Source: Paramuribaculum sp.
Lineage (GTDB): Bacteria; Bacteroidota; Bacteroidia; Bacteroidales; Muribaculaceae
DNA: 36,430 nt
Direction of reading: 5' to 3'
Assembly (NCBI GenBank): GCA_029058705.1
Contig: JAIDXA010000250.1
Span: 1-36,430, forward strand
Part shown: positions 8,836-18,714 of the stretch, in pieces
Position numbering within the stretch: the stretch's first letter is position 1
Layout: each line of letters begins with the position of its first letter
Translations under genes and position numbers: made by a program
Notes under the pieces: generated by a model
The model's input: the letters and a program-made list of their open reading frames with translations, nothing else
The model's database searches: none
Told to the model about the DNA's origin: nothing

Positions 8836-8920
8836 CTTACTGCTGTGTTTTTTTGGAGGATTGGTTAAAAGTAAACATACTCTAAGTCAAGATGGCTTCG
8901 GTTTCTAAGAGTATGTATGA

Positions 8921-8928
8921 CAAAGTTA
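8921..8928 (-). promoter_or_regulatory. -7 promoter element (TAACTTTG) for alpha-galactosidase
   Basis: Consensus match about 85 nt upstream of the start codon. Confidence 0.6.
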
Positions 8929-8999
8929 TGCAACAATCATCTATAAACCAAATCCGGATCAAGAATCGGTTTAAAATCAAACACTCTCATAAAATTGTT

Positions 9000-9878
9000 T
9001 TACCGGATTTCAGCAGACCGGGCCTCAACCAGGAGTTTACCGAATTCGAGGATGTTTTTTGCAGTTACGGGAGGCTGGGGGTCGGAGTTGATGGCGGTTT
9101 CGAGAGTAGTCTCCCCCGACAGGACGAGCACACCGAGGGCTCCGGCATTAGCGGCCATTGCCACATCGGTGTAGATGCGGTCGCCACACATGGCAATCTC
9201 ATCGGGACGCAGCCCGAGGCGGAACCGGATTCCAGAGAGCATGTCGGGATTCGGCTTGCCGATGACAATGTCGGGACGTCGCGAAACCGCATGTTCGATG
9301 CAAGCGCAAAGCGATCCGCAGTCGACCAGTACGGTCCGGAGGTTCGTGGGGCAGACGCGGTCGGGGTTCGTTGCGATGTACGGGATTCCCTGAGAGGCGA
9401 GCCATGAAGCATGGCACAGCCTGTTGTAGTCGAGGGTTGTGTCGAAAGCGACGACAAGAGCCTGCGGCATATCGTCGGCCGACGGCGCGGTCAATTCGAA
9501 TCCGGCCTGTTGGAATTCGGCTTTCATGTCGGGAGTGCCGACAACAAAAATCCGTCTGACACCGGGCATGCGCGCATGCAGGTAGTCGATAGTGGCGACT
9601 GCCGTCGTGTACATGTTTTCAGGTTTGGCCTCGATTCCCATTCCGCGCAGTTTCCGGATATATGACGGAATGCTTTTTGTCGGGTTGTTTGTCAGGAAGG
9701 AATACGTTATTCCGTTTTCGTCGAGAAGTCTGAGAAAGTCTTTTGTGAAAGGAAACAGTTCGGACCCGAGATAGATCGTTCCGTCCATGTCAAGAGCGAC
9801 ATGCCGAATTTTCCGGCAGGCTTCGAGAAGTTCGGAATGAGACATCGGGGTGAGGTATGTTTCGCAGATTGTTTTCAT
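9000..9878 (-). CDS. HAD-IIA family (NagD-like) phosphatase
   Basis: DMDGTIY, LTNN, TNPD, GKP and GDRIYTD motifs. Confidence 0.92.
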   Translation of the reverse strand: MKTICETYLTPMSHSELLEACRKIRHVALDMDGTIYLGSELFPFTKDFLRLLDENGITYSFLTNNPTKSIPSYIRKLRGMGIEAKPENMYTTAVATIDYLHARMPGVRRIFVVGTPDMKAEFQQAGFELTAPSADDMPQALVVAFDTTLDYNRLCHASWLASQGIPYIATNPDRVCPTNLRTVLVDCGSLCACIEHAVSRRPDIVIGKPNPDMLSGIRFRLGLRPDEIAMCGDRIYTDVAMAANAGALGVLVLSGETTLETAINSDPQPPVTAKNILEFGKLLVEARSAEIR

Positions 9879-9903
9879 GATCGGTAGGTGTCAGAGGTTT
9901 GTG

Positions 9904-11448
9904 TCAGAGATCAGTGTCGTCAAGAGAACCGGCTTCGGCAATGGCTTCCTCCTTTTCTTTTCCGGACAGTTGCCGGTAGAAGTGGTTTGAGCGTTCGTAT
10001 CCGTCGCGCGGAGCAGTCCACATCGTGAGGAACGTCAGCGCGCCAAGAACGCCGACGCCGATAATGAGGAGAAAAACAGTGTTCCATCCGAAACAGTCGG
10101 CGATATATCCGATTCCGATGGCCGATACGAACGATCCGAAATAGCCGAAGATGCCTGCGAGTCCGTTGGCTGTTGCCGAGGCGTCTTTAGTGGCGTGGTT
10201 TGCCGAGGCGATACCGATAAGAGCCTGAGGGCCGTAGATGAAGAATCCGGCCATGGCAAGCAGCAGGATGGACAGGATTGCGGGGATATCTGTGATGAAA
10301 ATAAACAACGACATGAAAAAGACGGCCCCGATCATGCATATTAGACACATCCGGTGGGCTTTACCGTTGAATATCCTGTCGGTTGCCCATCCGGCGATTA
10401 TTGTTCCCACGATGGCGCAGATCTCAAATACAGCGACAGTCGTCGCGGCCATTTCAATCGACATACCCCGGGCTTCGGTCAGGAATTTGGGACCCCAGTC
10501 GAGGATTCCCATCCTCATGACGTAGACAAATACATTGGCGATGCATAGAGTCCAGATCCACCGGTTGGTCCATACCATAACGGAAAGGAAGCGGGAGTGG
10601 GAAACGTTTTTCTTGCCGGAATCCTTGCCGGTTGTCGTGCCGGGGAGTTCGGGCAGACCGACAGAACGGGGATCGTCGCGCAATCCGATGTAGAGCCAGA
10701 GCGCGCCAACGACAGCAAGGACACCGGGAAGCCAGAAACACCATCGCCAGGCATCCCAATGGCTGGCATAGCCGAGGATTGTTTTCATATCGCCCGGATC
10801 GGAAGTGTCGAGCCCAAGGTTGCCGGCAATGGTCGATATGATCCGGGGATCGTTGCTGAGGTCCTGTCCGAGCTGCCCCATGATGAATCCGCAGGCGAGG
10901 ACAGCCGCACCGGCTCCGATGGAGTGGCTCGTGTTCCAGATCGACATTTTGGTGGCGAGTTCGGACGGATGTATCCATGACGGGAGCAACCGGGCGCATG
11001 GGGGATAGCCTATTCCCTGAAAATACTGGTTCAGTACGCTTGTGACGCCCATGACAAGAATGAGCATGTTTATGAAATCGGGGCCGTTGTAAGCGCCCAC
11101 GATCATGCCGGACAGGTTGACTCCGAATCCGAAGCAGAAGTTTGCGGCGGCGCACAGAAGCAGCCCGACAGCCATGACCTTACGGGAACTCGCTTTGTCG
11201 ACGACGAAGCCATTGACGAATCGTGAAAATCCATAGATCAGCGATCCGATTCCGATGATCCATCCGAAGCTGGTGTTTGTAATGCCGTATTGGGCTGTCA
11301 GTCCGGGCATTGCCACAGAGAAGTTCTTACGGACAAAGTAGTAGATGGCATATCCTACCATCGAAACGAGAATGGTTCTCAGCTGCCAGCGTTTAAAATT
11401 CCTGACCGTCAGGGCATCCCATCCGGCGTAGATGTTTTCTTTACTCAT
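9904..11448 (-). CDS. glpT: GlpT/UhpT-family MFS organophosphate:Pi antiporter (probable glycerol-3-phosphate transporter)
   Basis: GYAIYYFVRKNF, FQGIGYPPC, WNTSHSIG, GFFIYGPQ; in the glpABC operon; start placed at MSKENIY. Confidence 0.82.
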   Translation of the reverse strand: MSKENIYAGWDALTVRNFKRWQLRTILVSMVGYAIYYFVRKNFSVAMPGLTAQYGITNTSFGWIIGIGSLIYGFSRFVNGFVVDKASSRKVMAVGLLLCAAANFCFGFGVNLSGMIVGAYNGPDFINMLILVMGVTSVLNQYFQGIGYPPCARLLPSWIHPSELATKMSIWNTSHSIGAGAAVLACGFIMGQLGQDLSNDPRIISTIAGNLGLDTSDPGDMKTILGYASHWDAWRWCFWLPGVLAVVGALWLYIGLRDDPRSVGLPELPGTTTGKDSGKKNVSHSRFLSVMVWTNRWIWTLCIANVFVYVMRMGILDWGPKFLTEARGMSIEMAATTVAVFEICAIVGTIIAGWATDRIFNGKAHRMCLICMIGAVFFMSLFIFITDIPAILSILLLAMAGFFIYGPQALIGIASANHATKDASATANGLAGIFGYFGSFVSAIGIGYIADCFGWNTVFLLIIGVGVLGALTFLTMWTAPRDGYERSNHFYRQLSGKEKEEAIAEAGSLDDTDL

Positions 11449-11534
11449 CGCATTGAAAGAAGGTCGAAATGATGATTGGTTATACAAATTTACAGAATTT
11501 CCGGCTATTGTCAAAACACGACACCGGTCGTGGT

Positions 11535-12779
11535 TCAGATGTCATTTGCCCTGCGGGTGGCATCGATATCGAGAGCGGAGGCAAGAATCGACACGGGGTT
11601 TTCGACGGGAACTCCGGCAGACATTTCGATCTGCCATTTGCATGTCTCGCAATCGGATGCAACAATGTCGACACCGGCACCGCGTATGCTGTCGAAGAGT
11701 TCGGCCCCGACGGCCTGTGAAGTGGCATAGTTTTCTTTCTTGAATCCGTAGGTGCCTGAAATGCCGCAGCAACCTGGCTCGATCGGAATCAGTTCGAGAC
11801 CCGGAATCATTTTCAGGAGTTCGAGGGAGTGGACAGCCCATCCCATGCGCTGCATGTGGCACGGGACGTGATAGGCCACGCGTTTTTTCCATTCGCGGCG
11901 GAAAACGAGCCTGACATTTCCTGCATCGACGAGCTGATGGATGAAGCGTGTGGCGAGGAGGATAGAGTCGCGGACATCATGGTTGTCGAGATGAAGGATG
12001 TGGGGATATTCGTCGCGCATTGTGAATATGCACGTCGAGCTTGTTCCGAGGACAATACGTCCGTCGGCAACAGAATTACGGATGGCGTGCAGGTTTTTTT
12101 CAGCGTCGCGCCGGGCCTGGCCGATGAGCCTGTTTGCGATTTTGGCGACACCGCAGCAACGCTCGTGTTCGAGAAGCCTGACCCCATAGCCGATCGCATT
12201 CATCAAAGTGACAAAATCGCGGCCGAGGGCGGGATTGTTGTAGTTGACATAACATCCGTGGAAATATGAGACCTGACGCCTAAACGGATTCTGGTCGGGC
12301 GCTCCGGAGTTCATCCAATGTTCGAACGTCTGCGAGGCGTAGGCGGGAAAAGTCCGTCGGGAGTCGATTCCGACAATGTGGTGCATGAGGGTTTTTACAG
12401 GCCCCAGACGGAGCATCGTGTTGACGACCGGAGCGATTTTCGTTGCGACAGCCCCCATTTCGTCGGTCGATGCCAGCATGCGGTCGCGCAGCGAAACGGG
12501 GTGTCGGTCATAGCGTATGCGCGCGTTCTGGATGATGTCGCCGATCCGCACTCCGGATGGACATGCAACCTCGCAACGTTTGCAGTTCAGACACATTTTC
12601 AGCGCCTTGTCGTAGAATTCAGGCGCTTTCAACCTGTATCGCTCGCCATCGGGCCCAGCCTGTTTGGGGCCTGGATAGAGTGGATTGACCGAAAGGACAG
12701 GACAATAGACGGTGCATATGGTGCATTTTATGCACTGTTCGAAATTGTCGCGACTTATGTTTTTTACTTGATATTCCAT
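11535..12779 (-). CDS. glpC: Anaerobic glycerol-3-phosphate dehydrogenase subunit C
   Basis: CIKCTICTVYCP and CLNCKRCEVACP 4Fe-4S motifs, GPKQAGPDGER, CCG domains. Confidence 0.95.
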   Translation of the reverse strand: MEYQVKNISRDNFEQCIKCTICTVYCPVLSVNPLYPGPKQAGPDGERYRLKAPEFYDKALKMCLNCKRCEVACPSGVRIGDIIQNARIRYDRHPVSLRDRMLASTDEMGAVATKIAPVVNTMLRLGPVKTLMHHIVGIDSRRTFPAYASQTFEHWMNSGAPDQNPFRRQVSYFHGCYVNYNNPALGRDFVTLMNAIGYGVRLLEHERCCGVAKIANRLIGQARRDAEKNLHAIRNSVADGRIVLGTSSTCIFTMRDEYPHILHLDNHDVRDSILLATRFIHQLVDAGNVRLVFRREWKKRVAYHVPCHMQRMGWAVHSLELLKMIPGLELIPIEPGCCGISGTYGFKKENYATSQAVGAELFDSIRGAGVDIVASDCETCKWQIEMSAGVPVENPVSILASALDIDATRRANDI

Positions 12780-12803
12780 CTGAAAGTGAGAAGGGAAAGT
12801 AAA

Positions 12804-14042
12804 CTATTGGAGGATTTGCCTGGCTGCAGCGACGGCGGTCAGGAGAGCTATTCCTGCTCCGGAGCCTTCATTGAGAGAATCGGCACCGGAAAGGATCGAG
12901 CCGACAGCGCGGAGATTTGTGACAACCGAGCCGTTGCGTGACACACGGAACCGGCTGTCGGTCACGACGCCGAACCGCATATAGGGTTGTGGTGCGAAAA
13001 AGTCGATATCGCATCGGGAGGTGCGTTTTTCCGATTGCACGACATCGAGTCCAAACACCGGTTCGATGACCGCATCGGGTTTCGCCACCAGTCCCTGGCT
13101 GAAAAAGCTGCCGGTAGCGATCAGGAATTCGTCGGCCCGAAGGGGCGTTTCGCCGAGATTCACGGTGTTTACCGATATCAGACGGTTGTTTTCGAAGTTG
13201 CCTTTGTTGACGCTGTCGCCAAGGAAATAAGCACCTCCCAGGCTTTCAAACCGCCGGCGCATGAGAAACTCGGCCCGCACACCGGTTACCGACATTGGAA
13301 TCACGGGTACATATCTGACCGTGATGTCGACAAGCGAAGCGAGAAGGTTGGCCGGTGCGTCGGAACGGAGTCCGACCACAGCGGGGAGAAGCAACACGTC
13401 GGCGTCGGATTTTATTTTCCGTATTGCCTGCGCGAGATCGCTGACAGCCTTGCCTTCGAGGATTCGTGCCATCGAGGCGGCCCTCATTCCGGAACAGCTT
13501 TTTCGGAGAGCTGCGAGCTGCGGGAGTTCGATTTCATAGGATTCGGAAGCGATTCCCGCAGTGGCGAGCCCGTCGGCAAGATATCCGGGATGGAAGTCGA
13601 GGTAGCCTTTGAAATTGACTATGGCGGCTTTACGCCACGTGCATCGCGAAGGATGGCTGCATGAGGCGATATCCTTTACCGTCAGCCAGGCCGGTTGCCA
13701 GACTCCGAATGGAGTCAGGCAATAGCGATGGGCTTCAGGAGAACCTTCGACATCAAGGCCGGCACGCCTGAGAATCATTGTTGCTTCGGCCGCGAAGTCG
13801 TGAATATTGCCTACCCCTATTTTCTGATATGGATGGGATGGGGGGAGTGTTGCGATTGCCTGCAGCGGGTCGCAGACCTGGCGACCGTCGATCCGGTTGA
13901 GCAGCGACATTGATCCTGAGGAAAAATGCAGGGCACTCTGTCCGGAAGTTATTATCGCGACTTTTTTCCCGGCCGAGACGAGCCGTATTCCGGCAGTCAG
14001 ACCGCTGAGTCCACCTCCGATTATAATAGAATCGTATTTCAT
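12804..14042 (-). CDS. glpB: Anaerobic glycerol-3-phosphate dehydrogenase subunit B
   Basis: IIGGGLSG, GQSALHFSSGS, ATGSFFSQGL motifs. Confidence 0.95.
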   Translation of the reverse strand: MKYDSIIIGGGLSGLTAGIRLVSAGKKVAIITSGQSALHFSSGSMSLLNRIDGRQVCDPLQAIATLPPSHPYQKIGVGNIHDFAAEATMILRRAGLDVEGSPEAHRYCLTPFGVWQPAWLTVKDIASCSHPSRCTWRKAAIVNFKGYLDFHPGYLADGLATAGIASESYEIELPQLAALRKSCSGMRAASMARILEGKAVSDLAQAIRKIKSDADVLLLPAVVGLRSDAPANLLASLVDITVRYVPVIPMSVTGVRAEFLMRRRFESLGGAYFLGDSVNKGNFENNRLISVNTVNLGETPLRADEFLIATGSFFSQGLVAKPDAVIEPVFGLDVVQSEKRTSRCDIDFFAPQPYMRFGVVTDSRFRVSRNGSVVTNLRAVGSILSGADSLNEGSGAGIALLTAVAAARQILQ

Positions 14043-15751
14043 TGTTCGGAATTTTTTCTGTCGGGGTTACCGGGATTAGCTACCGGATGAGTAGGGGTTT
14101 CGGTTGTATGGCCTTGTCCGGAGGGAATGAGCTGCGGATCAAGACCGCAGACGCCCTTGTAGAGCCATGATGAGAACTGCGCTTCAACCAGCGTCTGACC
14201 CCATGCGACGGGAAACATGCCTTTCCATCGTTCGTTAAGGAAATTGCAGAGATCGCGGAGGGCGTGAGGCCTGTCGTTGAGTTCGTCGCCGAGAATGGCG
14301 GCCGCGCGGCTCGCGCAAAGACATCCCTGGCAGGTGCCCATTCCGAGCCTTGTGCGTCGCCGCAGATTCACCAGATTGTTTGCATGAAGCTTGCGGACGG
14401 CATAACGGATTTCGCCGACAGAAACCTCTTCGCATTCACAGACGAGTGCGTCATTGTTTGTGTCGAGACCGATGTCGGGTGTCATCGATCCATGCCGTCC
14501 GAGCGCGGCCTTATGATCGGTAGTGAGTTCGATTATATGGCGTTTTCCGTGACTGACCGGAGCGTCTTTGTCGGATTTGTCTGATCCGGGCAGCGGAGTT
14601 GTCGCGGTCCGGCATTTTTCGCTGCGGCCAAGCTTACGGCATGCCATGTCCGTGGCCCACTCGGCCATCAGCCTGTAGGTCATGAGCTTGCCTCCGGTAA
14701 TTGTTATAAATCCTTCGAGGCCGTCGCGCAGGGCATGATCCAGACAGACAATTCCGCGGCTTATGCTTCGGCCGGAAGGATCGTCGTCAGAAGCCACAAG
14801 CGGCCGCACTCCGGCATAAGCGCGCAGAATTCTTGTTGTTGCAAGCGATGGAGCAATCCGCGATCCTTCGCGCAGGAGAATATCGACCTCCTCGGGGGTC
14901 ACCTCCATATTGTCGACCTGATCGTATGGGATCCGGCTCGAAGTTGTTCCGATGAGCGATATGGTGTCGCCCGGTACGAGAATGTCTGCGTCGGCCGGTT
15001 TACGGCATCTGTTTATCACTATATTGTTGACCCTGTGTCCGAATATCAGCAAAGCTCCCTTTGCAGGAAACATATTGACATCAACTCCGGCGAGACGGCA
15101 GATTCCGTGTCCCCAGATTCCGGCTGCATTGATGACAAGATCGGCGTCAACGCGCCGCGATCCGCCGGTGCGCTGGTCGCGCAGAGTCACGCCGCATACG
15201 CGCTGGTGAGATATGTTCAGAGCCGTCACTTCGTGATAGGTCAGGATGTGTGCGCCGTTGCGTTGCGCCGCAATGGCATTGGCTGTAGTCAGCCTGAACG
15301 GATCGACTGCACCGTCAGGGACTTTGACCGCCCCGATAATGTCGGGGTTTACAGCCGGCTCGATTCTACGGGCTTCTGCAGGATCGATTATCTCAGCCTC
15401 GATTCCGGCATTGCGGCAGGCCTCGACGAAAGTGGCCTGATAGGCGAGATCGTCGTCGGGCAAGGTCACGAATATCCCCCCCGTCTCCTCAACGCAATGG
15501 CGGGCGATTTTCCGGAGGATCATGTTCTCGCGAATACACTCGGCAGCCGACTCCCGGTCGGTCACCGCATAACGCGCGCCGCTGTGGAGCAGCCCGTGGT
15601 TTCGCCCTGTCGCACCAGCGGTGAAATCGAACCGCTCGACAAGAAGGACTTTCAGGCCACGCATCGCGCAGTCGCGTGCCGTGCCGGCGCCCGTTGCCCC
15701 CGCTCCGATTATAATGACATCATAATGTTGGTCAGACTGATTGTTTTTCAT
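14039..15751 (-). CDS. glpA: Anaerobic glycerol-3-phosphate dehydrogenase subunit A
   Basis: IIGAGATGAG, GATGRNHGLLHSGARY, CECE...RRRTRLGMGTCQG; alternative start 15775. Confidence 0.95.
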   Translation of the reverse strand: MKNNQSDQHYDVIIIGAGATGAGTARDCAMRGLKVLLVERFDFTAGATGRNHGLLHSGARYAVTDRESAAECIRENMILRKIARHCVEETGGIFVTLPDDDLAYQATFVEACRNAGIEAEIIDPAEARRIEPAVNPDIIGAVKVPDGAVDPFRLTTANAIAAQRNGAHILTYHEVTALNISHQRVCGVTLRDQRTGGSRRVDADLVINAAGIWGHGICRLAGVDVNMFPAKGALLIFGHRVNNIVINRCRKPADADILVPGDTISLIGTTSSRIPYDQVDNMEVTPEEVDILLREGSRIAPSLATTRILRAYAGVRPLVASDDDPSGRSISRGIVCLDHALRDGLEGFITITGGKLMTYRLMAEWATDMACRKLGRSEKCRTATTPLPGSDKSDKDAPVSHGKRHIIELTTDHKAALGRHGSMTPDIGLDTNNDALVCECEEVSVGEIRYAVRKLHANNLVNLRRRTRLGMGTCQGCLCASRAAAILGDELNDRPHALRDLCNFLNERWKGMFPVAWGQTLVEAQFSSWLYKGVCGLDPQLIPSGQGHTTETPTHPVANPGNPDRKNSEQ

Positions 15752-15858
15752 CAATAGCGCCGCCCTGCATACCATCGGGCCGATGTTTTGTATAGTGATA
15801 TGTACAGAACAAAATCAAAAGCGATTGTGTTTCGTTTTGCTCTTTTTATATTTCGCAA

Positions 15859-15866
15859 CAAAAGTA
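15859..15866 (-). promoter_or_regulatory. -7 promoter element (TACTTTTG) for the glpABC operon
   Basis: Consensus match upstream of glpA. Confidence 0.55.
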
Positions 15867-16014
15867 GCAAGGTTTTGTTGAATAACAAAATTATTTTATC
15901 AAAACTGAATTATTTTTTCATAATTCTCCAGTCGGCGAATACCACCAAGCCCTACAGTCCTGCCGGCTTATTAAATAATGACATCTGTATTCCATTTATT
16001 CATAATTTTTTTAT

Positions 16015-16022
16015 TACATTTG
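16015..16022 (+). promoter_or_regulatory. -7 promoter element (TACATTTG) for the DeoR regulator
   Basis: TACATTTGCA in the AT-rich divergent intergenic region. Confidence 0.6.
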
Positions 16023-16204
16023 CAGTGTAAACACTTAAATCAGATAAAAAACCACGCACAACACAAGTTTCGCAACCGCCCGATGACGAAAACAATCAGG
16101 TTTCGCTTTTCGGAAAACGCGACAGACACAACCTAATAACTATTTCGAAACTCTCTTCATTCAATCGCATTTCAGTCAAACCACCAAGACCACAACTTCC
16201 AGCC

Positions 16205-16975
16205 ATGACAAAAGAAGAACGCCATCAGCTTATCCTCGACACCCTAATGCGCCACGAGTCAATTCCAGTGTCGAGCCTGTCAATGCTATTGGATGTATCG
16301 GCAGTAACAATACGCAAAGACCTCACCGAGCTTGAAGCCGAAAACAAGCTCTACCGCAGCCATGGCAAAGCCGTTCTGATCAACCCCTACATAAACAACC
16401 GTTCGATCAGTGAAAAAGAAAAGCTCCAGCGCACGGAAAAAGAACTCATCGGCCGCGAGGGCGCGTCAATGATCACACGCGACGATTCGATCATCATAGC
16501 GTCGGGCACAACGGTTCTCGCGTTCGCGCGCTGCATCACCCCGATCCACCGGCTGACCGTGATCAGCGCATCGCTTGCGGTTTCGCAGCTGCTCGGCCCG
16601 AATGAATCCATAGAGGTCGTACAGCTCGGCGGCTCACTGCGCCAAAGCTCACTGTCGGTCGTCGGCAAATTCGCCGAAAGCCCGCTTTGCGAGTTTTCAT
16701 GCAGCAAGCTGTTTATAGGTGTCGACGGCATCGATCCTGATTTCGGAATCACGACGACAGACATCCGCGAGGCCGAACTAAACCGCGCGATGATGCGCAC
16801 AGCCCAGAAAACAATTGTTCTGGCGGACTCTTCGAAATTCCGCCGCCGCGGATTCAGCAAAATCGCCAATCTGACAGAAATCGACACCATCATCACAGAC
16901 TCCAGGATAGCCCCGACAGTTGCCCAGTCGATCGAAGATATGGGAATCGAACTGAGAATCGTTCCGGTCGACTGA
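16205..16975 (+). CDS. DeoR/GlpR family transcriptional repressor
   Basis: ERHQLIL...VSAVTIRKDL HTH; SGTT, GG, ADSSKF sensor motifs; divergent from glpABC. Confidence 0.93.
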   Translation: MTKEERHQLILDTLMRHESIPVSSLSMLLDVSAVTIRKDLTELEAENKLYRSHGKAVLINPYINNRSISEKEKLQRTEKELIGREGASMITRDDSIIIASGTTVLAFARCITPIHRLTVISASLAVSQLLGPNESIEVVQLGGSLRQSSLSVVGKFAESPLCEFSCSKLFIGVDGIDPDFGITTTDIREAELNRAMMRTAQKTIVLADSSKFRRRGFSKIANLTEIDTIITDSRIAPTVAQSIEDMGIELRIVPVD

Positions 16976-17042
16976 CATCAAAACAACCTATAAAATCCAC
17001 TCAACGAATCACACAATTAAAATACAATTTCCTGAATTTTTA

Positions 17043-17077
17043 AAAACACGAATTTTCTTCAAAAAAATTCGTGTTTT
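17043..17077. repeat. Perfect 14-bp inverted repeat (terminator or operator)
   Basis: aaaacacgaatttt-cttcaaa-aaaattcgtgtttt. Confidence 0.7.
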
Positions 17078-17102
17078 ATTTTGATATATGATTATAAATA
17101 CC

Positions 17103-17110
17103 TATTTTTG
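17103..17110 (+). promoter_or_regulatory. -7 promoter element (TATTTTTG)
   Basis: Consensus match with TTTG at ~17080, upstream of the phosphoesterase gene. Confidence 0.5.
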
Positions 17111-17166
17111 TTGCGAAATGAAAGAATATAACTTTCATTTCCAAACCAATCATTGCTTTAAGTCTG

Positions 17167-18687
17167 ATGTCCAACCACTTACCAAAATTCATACAGAACG
17201 CATTCTTTTTCGTTTTCCTGCTGGCGACACCAGCAGCAAACGGGGAACACCGCTCACCGGACAGCGAGACCAAGAGAATGAACCTCACCGGACGCGTGAC
17301 GGTCGACGGCAAACCGCGCGAAGGAGTTGTGGTCAGCGACGGGATCAGCGTTGTCACCACCGACAGCTCGGGAGTCTACCAGATGTCGTCGGAAGGCCGT
17401 CAGCATGTTTTCATCTCGGTTCCGTCCGATTGCGAGATTCCGGTTGAAGAAGGATTTCCAAAATTCTACACCACAATATCTGAAAACGGCGACGAAGTCG
17501 GACGACATGATTTCGCATTAATCTCGTCACCGGTAAAAAAAAGATGGTCGTTGATGACTATAGCTGACCCGCAGATCGGAGTACAGGACACAGCCGACTA
17601 CGCAAACGTGGTAATTCCACAGATCTGCCGGTTCGCATCGACGCTCGGCCCCAACACATATGGAATATCGCTCGGCGATCTGATATGGAATTCACCGGGA
17701 CTATATCCGGAATACAAGAAACAGTCCTCGAAAATCGGCATTCCGCTTTTTTCGGTGATCGGAAACCATGACCACAACGAGAAGATACACAATGACTCCG
17801 AAAGCGACCGGGATTTCCGCAACTCAGTCGGTCCGACATACTATTCGGTCAACATCGGCGACTGCCATCTCGTGGCGCTTGACGATGTCATCTACAGCGG
17901 GAAAAGAAACCGCAACGACTACACAGGGGGCCTGACGCGCCAGCAGCTCGACTGGCTCCGGCAGGATCTCGCACACGTGGACACATCGAAAACAATAATC
18001 GTCGGAGTCCACATCCCCACCTCACGCCGCAACGCTCCAGGAAAGATCCAGGGCCACGAAGAGCTTTACGAGCTCCTTCGCCCGTTCCACCGTGCTGAAA
18101 TATTTTCCGGACACACCCACTATCATTTCACAACCACCATAGCGCCCAACATAACAGAAACGACCTACGGAGCCGCAATGGGCGCGTTCTGGTATCCGAT
18201 GTGCAACGACGGTTCACCGCGCGGGTTCGGAGTGGTCACCTTCGACGGGTCTGAGATAGTCGATAAATTCTATACCGGAAGCGACACCCCCAGAAAATAT
18301 CAGATGAAGCTCTATCGCCCTGAAGAGGCGGTTCTGTGGAATCCGGAAAACAAAGCCGGCGACCCTTACGACAAGATCCTCATCAACATTTTCTGCTGGC
18401 ACACCGACTGGACCGTCGAGGTCAGCGAAGACGGGCGTCCATTCGCCCCGCTGTCCGCAGACGCCAGACTTGTCCCTTCGGAATCGGGAGGCAGGTGCTG
18501 GGATCCGGAAATAAGAAAATGTCTGGTGAAGGGTAAGATTCCGGCCAACCATGGCGGCTCGAAGCCGGCCGACAAAAACGACCATATGTTCCTATACACC
18601 CCCTGTGAGGGCTGGTCGACAATAACAGTCAGAGCAACAGACCCATATGGGAATGTCTATACCGAAACTCTCGATAAAGACAAATAA
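17167..18687 (+). CDS. Secreted calcineurin-like metallophosphoesterase
   Basis: ADPQ, GDL, GNHD, HIP and SGHTH motifs; N-terminal GVVVSDG...TD..G.Y module; signal peptide. Confidence 0.9.
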   Translation: MSNHLPKFIQNAFFFVFLLATPAANGEHRSPDSETKRMNLTGRVTVDGKPREGVVVSDGISVVTTDSSGVYQMSSEGRQHVFISVPSDCEIPVEEGFPKFYTTISENGDEVGRHDFALISSPVKKRWSLMTIADPQIGVQDTADYANVVIPQICRFASTLGPNTYGISLGDLIWNSPGLYPEYKKQSSKIGIPLFSVIGNHDHNEKIHNDSESDRDFRNSVGPTYYSVNIGDCHLVALDDVIYSGKRNRNDYTGGLTRQQLDWLRQDLAHVDTSKTIIVGVHIPTSRRNAPGKIQGHEELYELLRPFHRAEIFSGHTHYHFTTTIAPNITETTYGAAMGAFWYPMCNDGSPRGFGVVTFDGSEIVDKFYTGSDTPRKYQMKLYRPEEAVLWNPENKAGDPYDKILINIFCWHTDWTVEVSEDGRPFAPLSADARLVPSESGGRCWDPEIRKCLVKGKIPANHGGSKPADKNDHMFLYTPCEGWSTITVRATDPYGNVYTETLDKDK

Positions 18688-18714
18688 CAGAATCAGCAAA
18701 CACAACCACGAACA

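Noticed and set aside
6637-9878. Alpha-galactosidase as part of the glp operon (galactolipid use)
   Set aside because: It has its own promoter-like element and repeat scars between it and the HAD gene; no evidence of co-regulation
14735-15757. 340-aa plus-strand ORF
   Set aside because: Antisense shadow of glpA caused by codon bias
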